Origin: an uncultured virus (IMG/VR IMGVR_UViG_3300008255_000103)
Taxonomy: Duplodnaviria > Heunggongvirae > Uroviricota > Caudoviricetes
DNA: 20,000 bases
Direction: 5' to 3' (one strand)
IMG/VR virus record: IMGVR_UViG_3300008255_000103
Location: 118,880-138,879 of that record
Part shown: piece after piece, positions 10,746-17,487 of the stretch
Layout: every line of letters begins with the position of its first letter
Numbering within the stretch: position 1 is the stretch's first letter
Notes under the pieces: model-generated
Databases searched by the model: none
What the model was told of the DNA's origin: nothing
The model's input: the letters and a program-made list of their open reading frames with translations, nothing else
Program-made: the position numbers and the translations under genes

Positions 10746-12122
10746 TTATTTGCCTGTTGGTTGTCTACGAAGTATTTTTCTACGGAACCAAGACCTATCA
10801 TCTGGTTTCTGAGCCCATTCCCAGCCATCGCCAGCTGGTGGTAATTGTCCTGGTGGAACTGGAGCTAATGGTCCGCCAGATCTAAATGGATCGTTTGGTC
10901 CTTGAACAAGTTTTTGTCCACCACTCAAATTACCAGAACTCAATCTTTCATTAATTTGTTGCATTACATGTCTAAGAAAGCGTACTTGCATATCATGACT
11001 TATTGCATTTCTTTGGTAACCGCCCCAACGACTCATCATATCAAGTAATACATATTGTTTTGTTAGTGCTGTTAATGGAAACTGATCTATTACTTTAGGG
11101 GTTCCACTTGCATCTAAAATAGTAAGACGAGGAATATATAATTCATCGATATCCTTCATCAGATCTTCATATCCAGATGTATCACCTAAATCTTTTTCTG
11201 CTTCAGGTTTTCCTGGTGATTCATACAAAGGACTAGAGCTATCAGTAAATCTTCTGTATGCTGGGTTTTTTGTAACATTATTAGCAAAATATAGATAGAA
11301 TTTTGTTAACTTAATTATTAGATTAGTTAATCCTGCTGCTTTTGCAACTTTATTTTTAGGAGGTAATTTTGTTAACTCATAATTAGTTGGTATAAGAATT
11401 TTCATTTTAGCAGCATCTGATTTAGTAAAAAGATTTCTTACAGAATCAGGAGCTTCAAAATCTTCAGATACTCTAATTATTGCATCTCCGAATGCATATA
11501 GATTTCTTAATGCATTTTGTGTTCTAGGTCCCCAAACACCATCAACGAATCTTTCATTACCCTTACCACCAATTCTAGCGATATTATCAACAACATTTTC
11601 CATTTTAATTAGTTGATCATCATATACTGGATTCTTTTGTTCTGGAGTATTTGCTTCTTCAGATGTACTCCACTCATTTCCATGTAATGGAGAACTATTT
11701 AGATAATTAAGCGTAACAAAATCATTGAAATTTGCAAAACCTTGTGAGGGTTGGTCTCCAGCACTAGGATTTTGTAATGAAATGGGCGTTTGTCTGGCTG
11801 TCTGTGAATCTCGTTTAAAATGATAATTTATTGCAGTGCTTGCAAAATTTTGAATTGCTTTTTGCATTTCACTAACAGCTATTTTAACGTTTCCTACATC
11901 TGATGATACTGATTTTGTTCCTGGTTTCACATCTGGTTTTGTTCCTGGTTTTGCCTCTTCTGGTTTCGGTAATCTTCCCGGTGTAGATGTTCCTGCTGGT
12001 GCTGGTGCTGGTGCTGGTGCTGCTGATGCTCCTGCAGATGTTTCTGCAGGTGTTTCTGGTTTTGGCAATCTTTTTGCTGTTTTTTGTATTTCTGATACTA
12101 ACTGTTTAAATCTATTGGACAT
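10746..12122 (-). CDS. Hypothetical virion-module protein with a peptidoglycan-binding-like motif
   Basis: 458 aa with AAGGTGG SD, N-terminal IQKTA, a Pro/Ala/Lys low-complexity region (RLPKPE twice, KPGTK twice) and VDGVWGPRTQNAL. Confidence 0.7.
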   Translation of the reverse strand: MSNRFKQLVSEIQKTAKRLPKPETPAETSAGASAAPAPAPAPAGTSTPGRLPKPEEAKPGTKPDVKPGTKSVSSDVGNVKIAVSEMQKAIQNFASTAINYHFKRDSQTARQTPISLQNPSAGDQPSQGFANFNDFVTLNYLNSSPLHGNEWSTSEEANTPEQKNPVYDDQLIKMENVVDNIARIGGKGNERFVDGVWGPRTQNALRNLYAFGDAIIRVSEDFEAPDSVRNLFTKSDAAKMKILIPTNYELTKLPPKNKVAKAAGLTNLIIKLTKFYLYFANNVTKNPAYRRFTDSSSPLYESPGKPEAEKDLGDTSGYEDLMKDIDELYIPRLTILDASGTPKVIDQFPLTALTKQYVLLDMMSRWGGYQRNAISHDMQVRFLRHVMQQINERLSSGNLSGGQKLVQGPNDPFRSGGPLAPVPPGQLPPAGDGWEWAQKPDDRSWFRRKILRRQPTGK

Positions 12123-12133
12123 AATCAGCCACC

Positions 12134-13399
12134 TTATTTTGCATAACCGGGACTAGTTAATGTTGCATAATCATCATTATTTTCGGCAATTACTGTATTA
12201 ACTTTTGCTCTAAAACTTGTTAAATTTTGTGCAGCTAATTTATCTTTAAGTTCTGTTGAAAATAATGCTGATATTTGATTTGGATGCATTATTCTTAATT
12301 CAGCACCTTGTGATTTATTAAGTTTAGCAATCACTCTATGTATATCTGAATTTTCTAAACCAATATTTTCAATCCATGTTGAAACAGCAATACGATATTT
12401 ATCATTTATATTATTTAGATCTATTTGACTTACTTTTTGAGATAAGTCTTCATAGTGTAATCTTAATGGGGTTAAAGCCTCTATAATATCTCCGAATGGA
12501 ATTTGTTGTTCTTGAAATATTGCTGATTGTTGTCTACCAACTCTAAATGCTTGATTTGCTGCCCAAATAAGAGAAATTCCTCTATCTATTTGAGCTATTG
12601 CATTAAAAGCCGTTCTTTTATCTTGTTCTGCAACATTAAATGAATTAAAATTAAGTTTTACAAAAGCGTCTCTTTTAATTCTAACCTGATGAATATAGTT
12701 AAAAACTATATTCATTTTATATTGGTCTATCTTAACATCAGAATCTGCTTCTTTCTTAAAATTTGCAATATCTTTGTTTATTTGTTTAAGATCATCAATA
12801 TAGTTAGATGCAATTCCTGATGGCAAAAAATTTGGTAAAACAGTTATTAAACTATTTGCTCCAGCAGATATATTTTCATACCCTTTACTAAGATAGTCTT
12901 TTCCAAGTAATTGTTTTCTAGAATCATCAATATCTATTGGTAATTCTTCGCCTAAAGAAGTCTTAACGGCATTAATTATACTTTTAGCATTAGATAACTT
13001 ACCAGTAGGCATTTTCTCAACTACTCTCATCATTGCTAAATGTTCATCTATAATTGTTTCAATAACTGCATCACCAGCAACACCCTCTAAAAATGGGCTT
13101 CCTTTTGGATGAGCATCTTGAATTAATTTATTATCACATTCAGAAGCAGCAGCTTGTTTATATTGAATGAAGGTTAATTCTAATTCTTCAGCATATTTTT
13201 CCATACCAGAGGCTCGTAGACCGCTACATAATTTCATAAGATTTTCTGACAAATTTTCTGTTGGTCTCAAATCTAATTTTGGTTTTCTTGAAGCTATCTT
13301 TTTTAATGGATCCTCTTTCACTAATCCCTTTTCTTTAGCTAATTTTACTAAAGAACGCATTGTCTCAGAATCTTCAAAATTTATATGCTTAAAAGTCAT
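12134..13399 (-). CDS. Putative internal head protein with AHP box (N-terminal region paralogous to 6681-7958)
   Basis: 421 aa with GAGG SD. Contains LVKLAKEKGLV, LMKLCSGLRASGMEKYAEEL and QDAHPKG...KMPTG. Confidence 0.72.
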   Translation of the reverse strand: MTFKHINFEDSETMRSLVKLAKEKGLVKEDPLKKIASRKPKLDLRPTENLSENLMKLCSGLRASGMEKYAEELELTFIQYKQAAASECDNKLIQDAHPKGSPFLEGVAGDAVIETIIDEHLAMMRVVEKMPTGKLSNAKSIINAVKTSLGEELPIDIDDSRKQLLGKDYLSKGYENISAGANSLITVLPNFLPSGIASNYIDDLKQINKDIANFKKEADSDVKIDQYKMNIVFNYIHQVRIKRDAFVKLNFNSFNVAEQDKRTAFNAIAQIDRGISLIWAANQAFRVGRQQSAIFQEQQIPFGDIIEALTPLRLHYEDLSQKVSQIDLNNINDKYRIAVSTWIENIGLENSDIHRVIAKLNKSQGAELRIMHPNQISALFSTELKDKLAAQNLTSFRAKVNTVIAENNDDYATLTSPGYAK

Positions 13400-13479
13400 G
13401 TTGCCTCGAATGGATCAATTTATTCTATAATATGCAGAATTATAGCATGCTCATACTAAATAAAAAGATATGCAGTAAT

Positions 13480-14262
13480 TTACTGTTTTATTGTATCAAG
13501 ACGTCCATATCTTAACATACGCAGACCGTGCTTGTTACAATACCTTATACCATCAATAATCTTATATTTCGCCTTGCCACAAATATTACAACCAGGAACA
13601 CTGCACTTTATATCTGTATAATCAATTCGCCTTTTCCAAGCATCAATAGCACTTATAGATTTATTTTTCTTTGTATTCTCAGAATCTTTGTGCCCTATAT
13701 GAACTTCAGACATATGCTTTCTTACTTCCTGTGTATAAATAGATTCATTATCTTTAGATTTCTGAATCATACTCATATTGGCTTTCTGTTCTGCAGTACG
13801 TTTAGTTCCTAATGCAGGATGTCCTTGTGTAGCAATTTGTTTTATTGTTGCTTCTCTTTGTTGCTGTTTGATTTTTTCTTTTTCTTCAATAGATAATGAC
13901 GCATGCCAATCTCTCATCATTTTCTTAAACTTATCAGATTTAGGGGCATTCATTCCACCATAGGTAACATTATAGCCAGTATTAAACTGTATATATGTAT
14001 TATACTGTTTTACTAATTCCGTTTCAAGATAGTTTGCATCATCTTGCGATTTACAAGAAGCTATTATTTCAAATTTGAAATTATCAATTCCATATTTTAA
14101 GAAAGCAAAATGAATAGCTTGACTTGGCTTATTTTTATAAAAAGCTCTACGATGATCGGAAAATCTTTTAGCGATATTAGTTGTTTGACCAATATATTTT
14201 TTGTCATTAACTGCATTTGTGATTATGTAAAGTGACCATATTTTCTGTATATGTTGCGCCAT
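13480..14262 (-). CDS. Free-standing GIY-YIG homing endonuclease with NUMOD3-like repeats
   Basis: SLYIITN...KKYIGQT...RF..H, FKFEII, catalytic-position E (YLETEL) and GYNVTYGG. NUMOD3-like G.K.(T/S).E.K...S repeats, a C-terminal C..PGC...CNKH zinc motif and GGAGGT SD. Confidence 0.9.
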   Translation of the reverse strand: MAQHIQKIWSLYIITNAVNDKKYIGQTTNIAKRFSDHRRAFYKNKPSQAIHFAFLKYGIDNFKFEIIASCKSQDDANYLETELVKQYNTYIQFNTGYNVTYGGMNAPKSDKFKKMMRDWHASLSIEEKEKIKQQQREATIKQIATQGHPALGTKRTAEQKANMSMIQKSKDNESIYTQEVRKHMSEVHIGHKDSENTKKNKSISAIDAWKRRIDYTDIKCSVPGCNICGKAKYKIIDGIRYCNKHGLRMLRYGRLDTIKQ

Positions 14263-14302
14263 ATTGCACCTCCAATACAGTATATATCACTTGTTCCGGA
14301 AG

Positions 14303-14992
14303 TTAAAACCAAAGGCACTCGATCATAGGGTTCATGCTTGTAGGAGGTGCCGTAACCATCGCGACAGCAGGGTGGATACTACTTGGACGTCTAGTAGTCA
14401 AAAATCCAATCTCGCTAACATATAAATTAGCCCTGACCGGATATTGCTGGTTTGTCTCAAACTGATCTGTTTGGAAAAACATTCTATTAAACCAAACTGT
14501 CATTCTACCAGATCCTTGGGTACTATCATCACCGGGAATATTTGGAACATAATAAGTATAATTTACAATAGTTCTAATTCCATTTGGAGAACCAGTTCCG
14601 GTCAAATCAAAATTTAATGGAGTTCCTGCTAAAAATGTAATAACACCATTAACTGGATTTAATACTACATTTGTCGTAGAATTAAAACTAGATGAAAGAA
14701 TATTAGGCTTTTTTAATTCGGCTTTAATATCTATTGGAGTAACTAATTGACCGCTGGGACCTACAACTCCAGTAGCGGGAACAATTACCACTTCGTTCCA
14801 AGAAACATTTGTAAATGCTTTTGTTTTAATATCATCAATTAACCCAATTGGAGCAGTACCATTACTAACAGTTGCCATTACTTGATTACCAATAACGGTT
14901 AATTCAGCAATCTGACCGGGTTGAAATTCTGCTGACGGGTCACATATAAAATAAGATGGAAGCGTATTTCCAACCTGAACAAGTCTTAACAT
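14303..14992 (-). CDS. Putative head decoration/cement-like protein (paralog A)
   Basis: 229 aa beta-rich protein. Shares its N-terminus (MLRLVQVG..L.S.F vs MALKLLQPG..PLGQF) and STQGSGRMTVW vs TATGSGKVTLW with 5808-6473. GAGAGGA SD. Confidence 0.6.
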   Translation of the reverse strand: MLRLVQVGNTLPSYFICDPSAEFQPGQIAELTVIGNQVMATVSNGTAPIGLIDDIKTKAFTNVSWNEVVIVPATGVVGPSGQLVTPIDIKAELKKPNILSSSFNSTTNVVLNPVNGVITFLAGTPLNFDLTGTGSPNGIRTIVNYTYYVPNIPGDDSTQGSGRMTVWFNRMFFQTDQFETNQQYPVRANLYVSEIGFLTTRRPSSIHPAVAMVTAPPTSMNPMIECLWF

Positions 14993-15018
14993 TGCATATC
15001 CTCTCTAAACTCCACATA

Positions 15019-15043
15019 CTTTCATATAACCTAAATATGAAAG
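15019..15043. promoter_or_regulatory. Inverted repeat upstream of decoration paralog A
   Basis: ctttcatat-aacctaa-atatgaaag: 9-bp arms with a 7-nt spacer. Confidence 0.5.
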
Positions 15044-15061
15044 AATGAATAGAAAATATGC

Positions 15062-16210
15062 TTAATCGACCTCTTCTTCAAATGACATAGATGATGATGT
15101 TGGGACTTCTAATTCATCTGACATATCTGCGTCTAATAAATCATCTACAGAATTATAATCTGTAGAATTAAAAACTGTGCCATTCTCTAATAAATTCTTA
15201 ATCATTTGAGCTGAGTTTATTGAATTATTTTGAGGAGATCTAGCATCTTGCTTATCAATCTTCTTTTCCATATCATCTAAATAATCATAATAATTTGGAT
15301 TTTCTGTCAAATGATCCATAGTTATTTCTGTAGCTACATGTTTATCATTTGTGTGTTCCATTTCAACTTTGATACCTTTAGCTAAAGCTTTTGGATCAAA
15401 ATCTTCAGGCTTTTTCTTGTCAGCTAAACCACCGGGAATTTCATCTTCCCAAAGAGCATCTTCTGCCATCTTGTATAAAACACCCATAATTTGATCTGCT
15501 TGGCTTTGCATTCCAGCATCTTCAAAAATATCAATGGCACTATTCAAATAATCAACAGCTTTTGATACAGAAATACCTTCTTCTTGACCACTCAATATCT
15601 TAAACATTGAATCTTCAATTGTACTTGCAGTTGCATTTGGATTAGCGTTTGAATTTGTATTTGTATACATGTTTGCACCCATATTTACATTTACATTTGG
15701 ATTTACATTTAGATTTTTATTTGACAACGAACTTATCCTTTGTTTAACTGCAACCGCATCTTTAGGACTGGTGCTTAAATATTGCTTAAGTAACGATATA
15801 GCAGCAATATTATTGCCGAGTTTTTGATAATTAATAGCCGCATTATATAAACATATGCTTACTGGTTTACCTCTGTAAGCCGCTAAATAAGCCCTTGCCG
15901 ACTCGTCATATTTGCCTTGAGTATAAAAATTACCACCACGAGTAAATTCAATTGAATATAACTGTTCCTTTGCATTAGAATCGTTTGGATTCACTGTTAA
16001 AACTCTATTAATTAATGAAAGCGCTGCATCAAAATTATTAAGCTTTTTATAACATATTGTTTGATTATATAGATAAGCAGAACGATGATCTATCTCAAAA
16101 GCTTTAGCCCAATATTTTGCTGCATTTGTATAATCTTTTTGCGAAAATAACTCAGCAGCTTTATCACTAAATTGCTTAGAATGTTGCTGCGTATAGGGAC
16201 TACTTGGCAT
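15062..16210 (-). CDS. TPR-repeat protein fused to a DUF5661-like domain
   Basis: Two TPR pairs (F...DY..AA..W..AF...YLYN...CY..L; FY..G.Y..SA..Y..AY...LYN.A..Y..LG), an Asn-rich linker and the shared head helix. Then IPGGLAD...LAKGIKVEMEHT.D...A.EI.MDHL.E.PNYY, which matches the DUF5661 pattern as I recall it. Confidence 0.75.
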   Translation of the reverse strand: MPSSPYTQQHSKQFSDKAAELFSQKDYTNAAKYWAKAFEIDHRSAYLYNQTICYKKLNNFDAALSLINRVLTVNPNDSNAKEQLYSIEFTRGGNFYTQGKYDESARAYLAAYRGKPVSICLYNAAINYQKLGNNIAAISLLKQYLSTSPKDAVAVKQRISSLSNKNLNVNPNVNVNMGANMYTNTNSNANPNATASTIEDSMFKILSGQEEGISVSKAVDYLNSAIDIFEDAGMQSQADQIMGVLYKMAEDALWEDEIPGGLADKKKPEDFDPKALAKGIKVEMEHTNDKHVATEITMDHLTENPNYYDYLDDMEKKIDKQDARSPQNNSINSAQMIKNLLENGTVFNSTDYNSVDDLLDADMSDELEVPTSSSMSFEEEVD

Positions 16211-16219
16211 TTACGATCC

Positions 16220-16753
16220 TTAAACGATAAACTTTGCAAGATTTATTGCTTTAACAGCAGTAGCAAATTTACTAGCAATATCATCCTTGATTTCACTCCA
16301 AGCGGCTTCTCTTTCATCCTCATCAGTAATTTTTTCATATAGATTAACTAATGTATTTTTAATTGCTTCAAATGGTCCTTCTTGACCAACTTTCTTTAAT
16401 ACATTATAAATTATTGAGGTAACTTTTATAGCCATACCAAGAGGGCTTGCTACAAACAAATTCTTCAAATCTTCAGCATTTAAAAGATCTAAATGTTTTA
16501 ATAATTTACCAATATCATCAGTAGAAAAAGCATTACTGATTAACTCTTGTGTAGCTAATACTCGTAATACTTTTTCTACCTCTCTTGATTCTTTTTGTAA
16601 TCCTGCTTTATCAAATATGTCAGCAGCAGCATTAAGATAATCAAATGCTTTAGCTAATTTATTGAAATTATGCTTAGTTTCAATTTGACTTGAAACTAGC
16701 GTTTTCTCCATAGAATGCATTAACTCATTCTCAATGCTGCCACTTTTAAACAT
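16220..16753 (-). CDS. Small helical virion-module protein
   Basis: 177 aa with AGGA SD. KAFDYLNAAADIFDKAGL is nearly identical to a segment of the neighbouring gene. Confidence 0.75.
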   Translation of the reverse strand: MFKSGSIENELMHSMEKTLVSSQIETKHNFNKLAKAFDYLNAAADIFDKAGLQKESREVEKVLRVLATQELISNAFSTDDIGKLLKHLDLLNAEDLKNLFVASPLGMAIKVTSIIYNVLKKVGQEGPFEAIKNTLVNLYEKITDEDEREAAWSEIKDDIASKFATAVKAINLAKFIV

Positions 16754-16778
16754 ATTATATCCTATTCAAGGTTAAGAC

Positions 16779-17462
16779 TTACTTATTTTTCTTAGCAAAT
16801 GGATTTGTTTTTCCAGATTTGCCAGTGTCTTTTCCTTTAACAGCAGGTTTCTTGGTTGACTGAGTTGACTTAGTTGACTTTGGTTTATCTGTTGACTTTG
16901 GCTTATCTTTTGCAGCATTAGAATCTGTCTTCTTCGTGCTTTTCTTGGTATCTTTCTTAGTATCTTTCTTGGTATCTTTCTTACCCTTAGCACTAGAGTC
17001 TTTCTTGCCTTTTGTATCTTTACTCTTAGCAGTTTCTTTCTTGGCTGCTAGAACTAAAGATGCTAATTTTAGACTTACAGTTGAGCTTTTTTCTAAGCCT
17101 ACAGAATCTAAAGCGGCTGATGCTGTAAGTAGACTATCAATTGCAACGTCGTAATTAGCAGAAACATCATACAATCCTGCATTTAGATCGTCAGCACTAT
17201 CGCTGTCACCAGCTTCATCTTCTTCATCTACATCTGCATCATTGTCATCTACTTCGATGTCATCTGCACAAGAAGTGTCTTTCATTTCGTCATCGTCGTC
17301 ATCAGCACTACAGCTATCTTCTTCATCTTTTTCCATAGTACTTGCATCATTTTCATCTGAAGCAAATTTATATGTAGTGTTAAACAAAGAATTGTGTTCT
17401 TGGCTTTTTAATACTGCATCCATTGTTGCAGCTACAAAATCTGATACACTTTTATTATTCAT
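16779..17462 (-). CDS. Bipartite acidic / Lys-rich (histone H1-like tail) protein
   Basis: 227 aa with AGAGGA SD. An Asp/Glu-rich block follows YKFA, then the shared helix, then about 85 aa of K/T/S/D repeats (KKDT x3, DKPKST x2). Confidence 0.8.
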   Translation of the reverse strand: MNNKSVSDFVAATMDAVLKSQEHNSLFNTTYKFASDENDASTMEKDEEDSCSADDDDDEMKDTSCADDIEVDDNDADVDEEDEAGDSDSADDLNAGLYDVSANYDVAIDSLLTASAALDSVGLEKSSTVSLKLASLVLAAKKETAKSKDTKGKKDSSAKGKKDTKKDTKKDTKKSTKKTDSNAAKDKPKSTDKPKSTKSTQSTKKPAVKGKDTGKSGKTNPFAKKNK

Positions 17463-17487
17463 AGTATCCTCTAATAGTTATCTTATC

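Noticed and set aside
13400..14302. Group I intron hosting the GIY-YIG gene
   Set aside because: Both flanking genes look complete with their own starts and stops, and the 40-80 bp flanks are too short for a ribozyme core. It is a free-standing endonuclease.
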